Positions 29,089 through 37,649 of a stretch of DNA of 64,000 nucleotides are shown piece by piece. Every line of letters starts with the position of its first letter. The first letter of the stretch is position 1. Origin of the DNA: an uncultured Alphaproteobacteria bacterium (lineage in GTDB: Bacteria; Pseudomonadota; Alphaproteobacteria; Rs-D84); contig CALDAH010000024.1 of assembly GCA_937903135.1 (NCBI GenBank), positions 18,471-82,470 of the forward strand. The letters run 5' to 3'. Both the position numbers and the translations under genes were made by a program. The notes below the pieces were generated by a model that worked only from the letters and a program-made list of their open reading frames with translations, was not told the origin of the DNA and ran no database searches.

Positions 29089-30453
29089 ATGTCACAAATA
29101 AAAAAAGTCTTGATTGCCAATCGCGGGGAAATCGCGCTGCGTATTATACGGGCGTGCCGTGATATGGGAATTCGTACAGTTGCCGTTTACTCAACGGTTG
29201 ATAAAAATGCAATGCATGCACAGCTCGCCGATGAATCTGTATGTATCGGGCCCGGCCCGTCAAAGGATTCGTATTTAAATGAATCTGCGATTTTAACAGC
29301 TGCGTTATTAACAAATTCTGATGCAATTCATCCCGGATACGGATTTTTATCCGAACGTGCTGATTTCGCGAAAAAGGTTGAACAGCATGGCATGATATGG
29401 ATTGGCCCGTCACCTGATATGATTGTTCGTATGGGGGATAAGGTTAATGCAAAACGTACCGCGATTGAATGCGGTCTGCCGGTTGTGCCGGGATCAGATG
29501 GTGCGGTCGCAACCTTAGATGATGCATTGGCATGTGCGGAACAGATCGGATACCCCGTAATGCTAAAGGCGGCGGCCGGTGGTGGCGGCCGTGGTATTCG
29601 CCCGGTAATGTCCCCAGATCAGATGGCCGAAGCGTTTCAGATGACCAAGAACGAGGCAAAATCGGGATTCGGCGATGATACACTGTATATGGAAAAGCTG
29701 CTGCTGCACCCGCGTCATATTGAATTTCAGGTGCTGGGTGATAAACACGGCAATGTCGTAATTTTCGGTGAACGCGATTGTTCCCTGCAGCGTAAAAATC
29801 AAAAGGTGATGGAGGAATGTCCGGCCGCGATTCTGACGCAAAAACAACGCGATGATATGATCGAGATCTGTAAAACTGCGGCAAAAAAAATGGGATATAC
29901 CAACGCCGGCACGTTTGAGTTTATGTTCGAGGATGGAAAGTTTTACTTCCTGGAAATGAACACACGTCTGCAGGTTGAACATCCGGTAACGGAAATGGTA
30001 TATGGCGTTGATCTTGTCCGCGAACAGATTCGTATCGCCGCCGGGGAAAAGCTGGGCTATACCCAGTCTAATGTCGTTGCGCACGGTCATGCGATTGAAT
30101 TTCGCATTAATGCCGAAGATCCGGAAACATTCATCCCGAACCCGGGAAAAATATCCCTTTATGCGCCGTCGGGGGGACTCGGGGTGCGCGTAGATAGTGC
30201 CGTTTATACGGGATATATCATTCCGCCGACATACGATTCAATGATTGCAAAATTAATTGTTCATGCGCAATCACGTCCGGCATGTATTATGCGTGCCCAG
30301 CGTGCGCTGGATGAATTCGTCATAGAAGGCGTAAAAACCACAATCCCGCTGCAAAAGAAATTGTTAAACAACCGTGATGTTCGTCAGCTAAACTTTGACA
30401 ATCACTGGCTGGAAACATATCTGCAGGGCGAAAAAGAAAAAACTGAAAAATAA
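29089..30453 (+). CDS. accC: Acetyl-CoA carboxylase biotin carboxylase subunit AccC.
   Basis: N-terminal KVLIANRGEIA and an ATP-grasp fold. The ATG at 29089 lies 1 nt after the accB stop. Confidence 0.9.
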   Translation: MSQIKKVLIANRGEIALRIIRACRDMGIRTVAVYSTVDKNAMHAQLADESVCIGPGPSKDSYLNESAILTAALLTNSDAIHPGYGFLSERADFAKKVEQHGMIWIGPSPDMIVRMGDKVNAKRTAIECGLPVVPGSDGAVATLDDALACAEQIGYPVMLKAAAGGGGRGIRPVMSPDQMAEAFQMTKNEAKSGFGDDTLYMEKLLLHPRHIEFQVLGDKHGNVVIFGERDCSLQRKNQKVMEECPAAILTQKQRDDMIEICKTAAKKMGYTNAGTFEFMFEDGKFYFLEMNTRLQVEHPVTEMVYGVDLVREQIRIAAGEKLGYTQSNVVAHGHAIEFRINAEDPETFIPNPGKISLYAPSGGLGVRVDSAVYTGYIIPPTYDSMIAKLIVHAQSRPACIMRAQRALDEFVIEGVKTTIPLQKKLLNNRDVRQLNFDNHWLETYLQGEKEKTEK

Positions 30454-30454
30454 T

Positions 30455-30481
30455 AAAATCCCCCATATTGGGGGATTTTTA
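30455..30481 (+). terminator. Rho-independent terminator after accC.
   Basis: aaaatcccccatattgggggattttt. Confidence 0.7.
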
Positions 30482-30552
30482 TATAAATATATTTTTTGTG
30501 TTTTTATATAAAATACGATAAAATAATTCATGGATTAGATAAGGAGAAAGTA

Positions 30553-31200
30553 ATGAAAAAAATTGCATTATTTATGGCATTTGCCGGACTGCTGTCCGCG
30601 TGTACAACGGTAAATCCATATACAGGCCAGACCCAGACGTCCAAGGCCGTATGGGGATCTGCGATCGGCGCGGCAACCGGGGCAGCGACCGGCGCATTGG
30701 TCGCGAAAAAAAGCGGCACGGGCGCGATCGTTGGTGGTCTGGCCGGGGCAGCACTTGGCGGGGGCGTTGGATATTATCTGGACGCGCAAGAGGCAGAACT
30801 GCGTCAGGAATTGGAATCAACCGGGGTAAGCGTTGTTCGCGCCGACGACAGCATTCGTTTGGTTATGCCGGGAAATATTACATTTAAAACAGATTCATCG
30901 GATATAAACGCATCATTTTATGCGACATTAAATTCCGTTGCAAAGGTATTAAAGAAATACAGCAATTCAACCGTAATGGTATCCGGATTTACCGACAGCA
31001 CGGGCAGTGCGGAATATAACCAGGCACTGTCAAAGCAGCGTGCGACGGCCGTTGCCGCATACCTGGAAGGTCAGGGCGTCGCAGCACGTCGCTTTGAAAT
31101 TATCGGCATGGGCTCGTCCAATCCGATTGCGTCAAACGATACGGCCGCCGGGCGTGCCCAGAACCGCCGCGTAGAGATTAAAATTATTCCGAATAAGTAA
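30553..31200 (+). CDS. OmpA-family lipoprotein with a glycine-zipper segment.
   Basis: Lipobox LLSAC, a Gly-zipper (GSAIGAATGAATGALVA…GGLAGAALGGGVGY), and a C-terminal OmpA-like domain (TDSTGSAEYNQALS..RA…RRVEI). Confidence 0.7.
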   Translation: MKKIALFMAFAGLLSACTTVNPYTGQTQTSKAVWGSAIGAATGAATGALVAKKSGTGAIVGGLAGAALGGGVGYYLDAQEAELRQELESTGVSVVRADDSIRLVMPGNITFKTDSSDINASFYATLNSVAKVLKKYSNSTVMVSGFTDSTGSAEYNQALSKQRATAVAAYLEGQGVAARRFEIIGMGSSNPIASNDTAAGRAQNRRVEIKIIPNK

Positions 31201-31210
31201 TTTTAATGCT

Positions 31211-31242
31211 AAAAAAAAACACCGGATGCCGGTGTTTTTTTT
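31211..31242. terminator. Bidirectional terminator of the acaccggatgccggtgt family.
   Basis: Palindrome flanked by A9 and T8 runs, between convergent genes. Confidence 0.7.
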
Positions 31243-32299
31243 ATGGCGTATAATAACAATAATCCCATTCGCCGGACGGGGATCGGAATTCATATGTCCC
31301 GGTTTCATCACTGCCGCGATATGCATAGCACGACGTTAGATCATCGTATACATAATCCGTCCATTTGCAATCGCTGCTGATGCCCTTGCCGTATGCTTCC
31401 GGGTCGCCGTTGCAGCTTTGCAGTGTGTCTGTATAGTAAACATTTTGGGCCATTCCCGCGCCGGGGCATTTAACACATGACGGGTATGTTGCATCGTCGC
31501 CGGGATAGTATATAAACGACCCCGCCGGACAGAATATCTGTTCCCCGTTACACTTTGCCCCCGCCGGACACGATATGCATTTTGTTCCATCAACGTCAGA
31601 GAAGTATTGACCTAAATCATATTGGCCGGATGTGCAGATTTCGCTATCGCCGCCGTCGGGGGATTTGCAGGCGCTGGCCTGGGGCAGGGAATGATATCCG
31701 GCGACGCCGCTGGCCGCACCATTTGGGCACGAGAGGCATTTGCCGTTATTTAGATAATATCCCGAAATGCAATACGGCCCGCTGGTATTATTCAGGCTGT
31801 ATCTGCATGTCCCACTGCGTTCGCCGGTAAAATATAATTTAACATTCCCGCGCGTATAAGTACCGGTCGCCGCGTTATATGAATACACCCCCGTTTGCGG
31901 ATAGCTGCTGCTTAAACAAAATCCATTATAATCGCCAGTATATGGCGGGCTGCAAAAGTCAATATCGGATGTATCGGTATCTTCGCTGGTTCGCACGCGG
32001 GTATTTGCGGGGATTTCAATAACCTCTGCGTTGCTGCATTCAGATGCACTGCTGCATGAATTTTGCGCACCGGCGCATTGAAAGCATCCAACCGTTGCCC
32101 CGTTCTGATTATCATATACCGATACGCAGCCGGTGTTATTATAAACCGTGCCGATTGAATAACGCCCGGCAGAGTTATAAATAACATATTCTTCGGCGTT
32201 CCCGATGCTCTCGGTTGAATAATTCGGCATATCATAACGCGCATTCGCCGGATTGGATATGCAAAATAGTGTAAAAAAACCAACCTTTTGATTCGGCAA
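31241..32299 (-). CDS. Cysteine-rich secreted protein with CxxCPxG-type repeats. The start is TTG if the full ORF is used.
   Basis: The putative signal peptide is MPNQKVGFFTLFCISNPANA. About 40 Cys occur in 352 aa, arranged in recurring motifs such as CLSCPNGAASG, CISCPAGAKC, CVKCPGAGMA and FCPAGSF. No SD was recognised. Confidence 0.45.
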   Translation of the reverse strand: MPNQKVGFFTLFCISNPANARYDMPNYSTESIGNAEEYVIYNSAGRYSIGTVYNNTGCVSVYDNQNGATVGCFQCAGAQNSCSSASECSNAEVIEIPANTRVRTSEDTDTSDIDFCSPPYTGDYNGFCLSSSYPQTGVYSYNAATGTYTRGNVKLYFTGERSGTCRYSLNNTSGPYCISGYYLNNGKCLSCPNGAASGVAGYHSLPQASACKSPDGGDSEICTSGQYDLGQYFSDVDGTKCISCPAGAKCNGEQIFCPAGSFIYYPGDDATYPSCVKCPGAGMAQNVYYTDTLQSCNGDPEAYGKGISSDCKWTDYVYDDLTSCYAYRGSDETGTYEFRSPSGEWDYCYYTP

Positions 32300-32429
32300 T
32301 AATATCGCGAGGGAAATATGCAGAAATCCAAAAGATTATATAAAATAAATAACGCCGATCTAATTGTTGGTTTAGATTCGGCGCTATTTTTTGTTATCTA
32401 TGCTATGAATTATATGCCGTTGCAGGATT

Positions 32430-33551
32430 TTATTCAATTGTTTTTTTATTGTTCCCCCGGGCGTTATTTAATCGCAGCTGGCCGCATGCAGATCCGATAT
32501 CTGTTCCGCGTTCACGGCGAATACGTGTATGAATTCCGTTGCGGATTAAAATATCTTGAAAACGATGCACAGCATTACCCGACGGGGATGCAAAATCACG
32601 TTCATCAACCGCGTTCCACGGGATTAAATTTACCATACAGTTTTTCCCACGCAGCAGATCGGATAATTTTTCCGCATATTCGGCCGTTGCGTTATATAGA
32701 ACTGTATCGCCGTTTTCGTCCTTTTTCCCTAATAAAATATATTCAATCATTAACTGACGGTGATGCAGGTCGGTAAACGCATCTGCGGCCGTTAAAACAT
32801 CGGATAGTTTATATTTATTATTAATCGGCATTATCTGCCCGCGCAGATCGTCCGTCGGTGCATGCAACGATATCGCCAGGTTAATTGGCCGACCCCATTT
32901 AATCAGATCATAAATACCCGGGACAATCCCACACGTAGATAATGTAATTCGTCGCCAACCGATTCCCATATCGCGATTTGCCCGTTCAATAAATCCGATA
33001 ACATTTTCTGTATTCATCAGCGGTTCGCCCGTCCCCATTATAACGATATGCGACACATCACCGTTATTCGGGTCGCCATTGGGGCGAATAGGGCGGTCGG
33101 CGGCGCGATCGGTGCGCAGTTGCCATTGGGCGACCAGGATCTGGGAAAATATTTCATTCGCAGTCAGATTGCGTTTCAGCCCCAGCAAAGTACTGGCACA
33201 GAAACGGCATCCCATCGCACATCCCGCCTGAGAGCTGACGCAGACGCTGTTGCCGTATGTTGTGCGCATTAATACGCATTCTATTTGCTCGCCATCATTT
33301 AATTGCAACAAAAACTTAGTGGTTTCGCCATCGGCCGAGTCCAGTTTTTGTATGATTTCAACAGGCAGTGTTCGTGCGGTGTTGTTTAAATCACGTCGCA
33401 GGGACTCGGGCAGATTTTTCATAACACTGAAATCAGGTGCGCCGCGGTTTAACCATTCACGAATTTGTCGTGCGCGAAATCGCGGTTGACCCATGTCGGC
33501 GACAAACTGATCCAGCTCTGCGTCGGTTAAGTTAAATAATATAGGTTTCAT
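32430..33551 (-). CDS. rlmN: 23S rRNA/tRNA adenine-C2 methyltransferase RlmN (radical SAM).
   Basis: CxxxCxxC cluster GCAMGCRFCAS, with the conserved RlmN N- and C-terminal Cys residues. Confidence 0.9.
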   Translation of the reverse strand: MKPILFNLTDAELDQFVADMGQPRFRARQIREWLNRGAPDFSVMKNLPESLRRDLNNTARTLPVEIIQKLDSADGETTKFLLQLNDGEQIECVLMRTTYGNSVCVSSQAGCAMGCRFCASTLLGLKRNLTANEIFSQILVAQWQLRTDRAADRPIRPNGDPNNGDVSHIVIMGTGEPLMNTENVIGFIERANRDMGIGWRRITLSTCGIVPGIYDLIKWGRPINLAISLHAPTDDLRGQIMPINNKYKLSDVLTAADAFTDLHHRQLMIEYILLGKKDENGDTVLYNATAEYAEKLSDLLRGKNCMVNLIPWNAVDERDFASPSGNAVHRFQDILIRNGIHTRIRRERGTDIGSACGQLRLNNARGNNKKTIE

Positions 33552-34366
33552 AGTTTATATCTATCGTCGTTAATTACAACCACGGCTTTGCGACGCAGTT
33601 GTTTTAGTTGTTGGTCGGCCATAAACATTGCCTGTTTATACATCGCGTTTTGCCGAATTATATCATCCAGTTTTCCGTATTCGGATGTTTTTTTTGTGCT
33701 GCATACCAGTAACACAGAATCATCTATGCGCGGTGACCATGTTAACAGCGGCATCCCGACGACGCGTTTGCGAATATCCGCCGACAGTTCATATTGCACG
33801 GCGGTAAATTTTTGTGGGACGCCGCCTAAGTCTTCGGCCATTTTCATCGCCGCGTCACAGTTTTTCGGACGGGATAATTTCGCCGCACTATCCGCGGGGA
33901 TATCAACCAGGCGAATAATTGTCATTTCAATCGGCAGGCCGTGTTCACGTGCCAGTGCGTTTTTTTCGGCGGCTATATCTTCCTTGGATACATCAACTGT
34001 CGGCAGAATTGTTCGGGCAACAACAATCTGCCATGCGATATCAGATTTCATCGCCGCGCGGGCCATCGCCATTTCAGATGCCGATAAATCACCAAGATTT
34101 AATTTCTTTATCTCTTTTTCAACATCGTCGTCGGACGGGACGGCTTTGAAGTTTTCTGCATAGCTAAGCTTTATATGATCATCAATAATATTTTGCAGTG
34201 CCACGCGACGATTATCGGTTGACGTTTTCCCCTGGCGCGACATTAGTTTAGTGCGCGTCGTAACGTCAGTATCTGTAATCGGGACGCCGCCAATCGTTGC
34301 AACAACACTGGCCGCGTGTGCATACGGGGCGACCAAAATTAAAAATAACAGACTGATTTTTTTCAT
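33548..34366 (-). CDS. surA: SurA-like periplasmic chaperone, lacking recognisable parvulin PPIase domains.
   Basis: Signal peptide MKKISLLFLILVAPYAHA, a SurA N-terminal-like domain and a C-terminal tail. It lies immediately downstream of lptD, as surA does in E. coli. It is 272 aa against about 430 aa for canonical SurA. Confidence 0.5.
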   Translation of the reverse strand: MKKISLLFLILVAPYAHAASVVATIGGVPITDTDVTTRTKLMSRQGKTSTDNRRVALQNIIDDHIKLSYAENFKAVPSDDDVEKEIKKLNLGDLSASEMAMARAAMKSDIAWQIVVARTILPTVDVSKEDIAAEKNALAREHGLPIEMTIIRLVDIPADSAAKLSRPKNCDAAMKMAEDLGGVPQKFTAVQYELSADIRKRVVGMPLLTWSPRIDDSVLLVCSTKKTSEYGKLDDIIRQNAMYKQAMFMADQQLKQLRRKAVVVINDDRYKL

Positions 34367-34386
34367 TCTCTTTTCCTTTTTAAATT

Positions 34387-36399
34387 TTAATAATGCTGAC
34401 CTTCTATGCTCATACCAAATCTAAACTGAACGGTCGTTGTTCCGACATACTCGTCTTTGACCGTGTTATCCCGGCGGTAGCCAATAGACATATAATAACA
34501 CGGGTGGTTATAATACAGTCCGGCCGTATGACGCTGAAAATTCCCGTATGTCATATTATATATCGCATCAAATCGTAATGACCAGCGATCGGATAAACGA
34601 ATGCCAATGCCCGTTATCGCTTCGTTTATATTATCGGCCTGGGTCTGGGCATCAATAAATTGCTGTGACCATATATGACCAATGTTTATATAGTTCCCAT
34701 CCGTTCCGATTACCGCAGACGTTTCCATATGACGCAGCGACAGATCTTCTTCGGCCATGCGAAAACGCGTAGATACGTCCAGCCATTTAGAGTTATTATA
34801 GCTAATACGGCCGACATAATCCGATGCACCGTTATGAAAACCGCTATTGGGGTCGGTTGCCGCGCGATCGGTTAAATCGTACGATTGCCCAAAGAATAAT
34901 TCAATGTTATGCAGATCATTATCAAACGCCGCAAATCGCACGCCATAATCAGCAAACGTTCCGTTTTCCCATAAATCCAGTCCCGAAAAACGATTATTAG
35001 AAAACAAAGTAGAGTCTGATAAAAACGCCCCGGCCGAATCGTTATTTATTGCAAAACGTTCGTGATCCATATGACGCATAACAGTTATTCGGGCACGCGG
35101 TTCTATGATCTGTGTCCATGTGGCGGTCGGGCGAAATAACGGCAGTGCCCATTCGAGATATCCGCTTGGTAAAAATCGCGTTTTCATCCCGGAATATAAA
35201 TCACCGCTGGTCATTTCGGTTTTGTTAAAATTATAAATATCATACCGGGCATCCACACTGGCGGTTATGCGATTGCCGCCCCATATCGTCCACGGTGATG
35301 TTAAACGAACGTCCCCGATAATTCGCTGCGATGATGTCCCAGATCCGGATATACCTAAAATATCGCCGGCAAATGTTGCATATGTTTCCGCGAACAGCGG
35401 CGCTGTTTGATGAACGGCGCGAATATTTGGTAAAATATTACCGTTCGGGACAGAATAATAATTACTGCTGCTGCGCAGTTCCTGGAATATATGCGCATCG
35501 GCAACCGCATAGCTTGATTGCCCGAATAGTTCCAGTTTAGCCCCGGAATCCAGATACGGCTGATCGCCGTAAAAACCGTATTTCTGAAGATATGTTTTAT
35601 CCGATGCACGTTCTAAATATACCGATGCACGGGCGTATTCGCCAAGTTCTATGATGTCGTTATTAAAAATGTGCCAACGGTTTTCCCCGTCGCGATTATG
35701 CGTAAACGACCCGCGTGTCCGGTATTGAGAATGCGCCGCATTCAGACGATGTTCCAACTGAAATAACGGGTTTTCCTGGGTCAGATATGATAAAGTAACC
35801 GTTGCGTCATGCGTGTCCGATATAGATATATATACCGGCAGGTTTATCTGAGTTCCCATTTTATTCGTTGATTCAAAATCGGGCATTAACAGACCGGTTT
35901 TATATTTTACCCCCGGATCTGGCATTTCATAAAACGGAAACCAGAGCAATGGTATGCCATATGTCCACCATACGGGGTTATAAAATTGCAACATCCGGGT
36001 TTCCATGTTATGAACAATCCGGGTCGCCGATATTTCCCATGCGTTGCCATACGGGTCGCAGTTATCGCATGCGGTAAACATCGCATCTGTTGCGATTGTT
36101 TTATCCCCGTCGCGCGTTATGCTATCGGATTCAACATATACATGATTGCCCAGCCAAATCTTTATATCATCACCGGATAAATTTTCGCCTGTTTTTGATA
36201 TATACGAATCCGTTAGTGTCATCCGTTGCCCGGATGCATTTATGATTTCAGTATTCCCACTGGTTTTTATACTTTCGGATTTCAGATCATATTCAATTTT
36301 ATCCGCCGTAATCGTTTTCGGCTGATTTATATCAACCGATGCGGCCCGTAGTGTAACAGGACAAATGCATGCGATAAAAATCGGGGCAATTTTTCTCAT
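34387..36399 (-). CDS. lptD: LPS-assembly outer membrane protein LptD.
   Basis: Signal peptide, an OstA-like N-terminal domain and a large C-terminal beta-barrel. It overlaps the upstream permease gene by 4 nt. Confidence 0.8.
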   Translation of the reverse strand: MRKIAPIFIACICPVTLRAASVDINQPKTITADKIEYDLKSESIKTSGNTEIINASGQRMTLTDSYISKTGENLSGDDIKIWLGNHVYVESDSITRDGDKTIATDAMFTACDNCDPYGNAWEISATRIVHNMETRMLQFYNPVWWTYGIPLLWFPFYEMPDPGVKYKTGLLMPDFESTNKMGTQINLPVYISISDTHDATVTLSYLTQENPLFQLEHRLNAAHSQYRTRGSFTHNRDGENRWHIFNNDIIELGEYARASVYLERASDKTYLQKYGFYGDQPYLDSGAKLELFGQSSYAVADAHIFQELRSSSNYYSVPNGNILPNIRAVHQTAPLFAETYATFAGDILGISGSGTSSQRIIGDVRLTSPWTIWGGNRITASVDARYDIYNFNKTEMTSGDLYSGMKTRFLPSGYLEWALPLFRPTATWTQIIEPRARITVMRHMDHERFAINNDSAGAFLSDSTLFSNNRFSGLDLWENGTFADYGVRFAAFDNDLHNIELFFGQSYDLTDRAATDPNSGFHNGASDYVGRISYNNSKWLDVSTRFRMAEEDLSLRHMETSAVIGTDGNYINIGHIWSQQFIDAQTQADNINEAITGIGIRLSDRWSLRFDAIYNMTYGNFQRHTAGLYYNHPCYYMSIGYRRDNTVKDEYVGTTTVQFRFGMSIEGQHY

Positions 36400-37451
36400 T
36401 CTTTATACAGTATAAATAATATTGCAATCAGTGCAATTATCTGAAACGTCGCCAGCAGAGCAAATTCAAAAACACCACCGATCATATTTGATGCGGACAT
36501 AAACAATGCCATTGCAATTGCCATTGCGCCAACGGCGATGGCCGGTGCAAAGCTGGCGCGACGGCGCAGCAGGGATGAACGTAATAATATCGCGGCACAC
36601 ATCGCGGCCAGTATTAGGTTCATAATCGGCCCTAGCAGTCGGGTCGCTAATTCCGATAAAACCATTTTGTGCTGTTTAAATGACGGGGCATCAAACAGTG
36701 ATTTTATTAATTCCAGTGTCGGGACGCGACGAACGCGGAATGTATTTCCGCCACTTTTTGTTGCGACGCCTAAGTCCATGTCAAATGTTTCAAATGTTCC
36801 GGTTGTCATTGTTCGGCCACTGGACTGCAATGAACCGTTATTCATAACGATTGACAGGCCGCGATTGGTTGAAACCAGCTTGCCTTTTTCTGCGAATATT
36901 GTTGTACTATTTTTTTCATCGCGCGTATCAGATAACATAACCTGCGACAGGTCATGTCCGGATACTTTATCAACATATACGACCAACCCGCGGGCAAGTT
37001 CGGTAAATGCGGATTCCTGCAGCTTCATATGGGCCAGGCCATAACGCAGATTCCATTGCGTGTTATAGAAATTTGACTGCGTTGCGGGAACGATCCATAT
37101 ATTTAAGATTAAATGGGCCACAGTTAAAATAACGGCCAGCCGCAGGGCGGGGCGGGCAATCTGGCCCGGGGCCAGTCCCGATGCGGTTAAAACGGTAATC
37201 TCGTTATCTGATATTAATTTATTATAAACGAATATTACGGCGATAAATGTTACAAACGGTATAATAATTGATACAATAAATGGTATCATTAGCATGGTTA
37301 GCCCCAGAAAGCTGGAGATATTAATGCCATAGTTTAACAGAAACTTCATCATAGACATAATCTGTACCATCCATGCCAGGCCGGTTAAAACCAATAATAA
37401 CATAATGAATATAGCCACCAGCTGGCGGGAAAAGTATCTGTTAATTATCTT
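36396..37451 (-). CDS. lptG: LPS export ABC permease (LptF/LptG, YjgP/YjgQ family).
   Basis: Six TM segments with a periplasmic beta-jellyroll insert between TM3 and TM4. Confidence 0.75.
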   Translation of the reverse strand, partial: KIINRYFSRQLVAIFIMLLLVLTGLAWMVQIMSMMKFLLNYGINISSFLGLTMLMIPFIVSIIIPFVTFIAVIFVYNKLISDNEITVLTASGLAPGQIARPALRLAVILTVAHLILNIWIVPATQSNFYNTQWNLRYGLAHMKLQESAFTELARGLVVYVDKVSGHDLSQVMLSDTRDEKNSTTIFAEKGKLVSTNRGLSIVMNNGSLQSSGRTMTTGTFETFDMDLGVATKSGGNTFRVRRVPTLELIKSLFDAPSFKQHKMVLSELATRLLGPIMNLILAAMCAAILLRSSLLRRRASFAPAIAVGAMAIAMALFMSASNMIGGVFEFALLATFQIIALIAILFILYKE

Positions 37452-37530
37452 CATGATTTGCAGTATAAATCCCAAAAACCTTAGCGTCAAATATATTATG
37501 GGGGAAAATATAGTATTTTTGACTTTTCCC

Positions 37531-37558
37531 TTGCATTTATGCGATTCGGGGTTATAAT
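37531..37558 (+). promoter_or_regulatory. Sigma-70-like promoter for the nusA-infB operon: TTGCAT, 16-nt spacer, TATAAT.
   Basis: The -35 element is at 37531-37536 and the -10 element is at 37553-37558. Confidence 0.45.
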
Positions 37559-37583
37559 TATAACGTTCTTAAAAAAGTTTTTT

Positions 37584-37614
37584 AAGGGCGGGGACTGAAA
37601 AGACCCCGCCTTTT
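37584..37614 (+). terminator. Leader hairpin plus T-run (attenuator-like) in the nusA 5' UTR.
   Basis: agggcggggactgaaaagaccccgcctttt lies between the predicted promoter and the nusA ATG at 37650. Confidence 0.45.
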
Positions 37615-37649
37615 CAGTAAAGACATGTAACATAACAAGGAGAAAACAA

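Noticed and set aside
29144-30090. Minus-strand ORFs (89, 146 and 175 aa) within accC.
   Set aside because: They lie entirely inside the highly conserved accC reading frame on the opposite strand and are spurious.
32318-32776. 152-aa + strand ORF overlapping the rlmN 3' region.
   Set aside because: It is antisense to rlmN, with no SD, signal or conserved motif.
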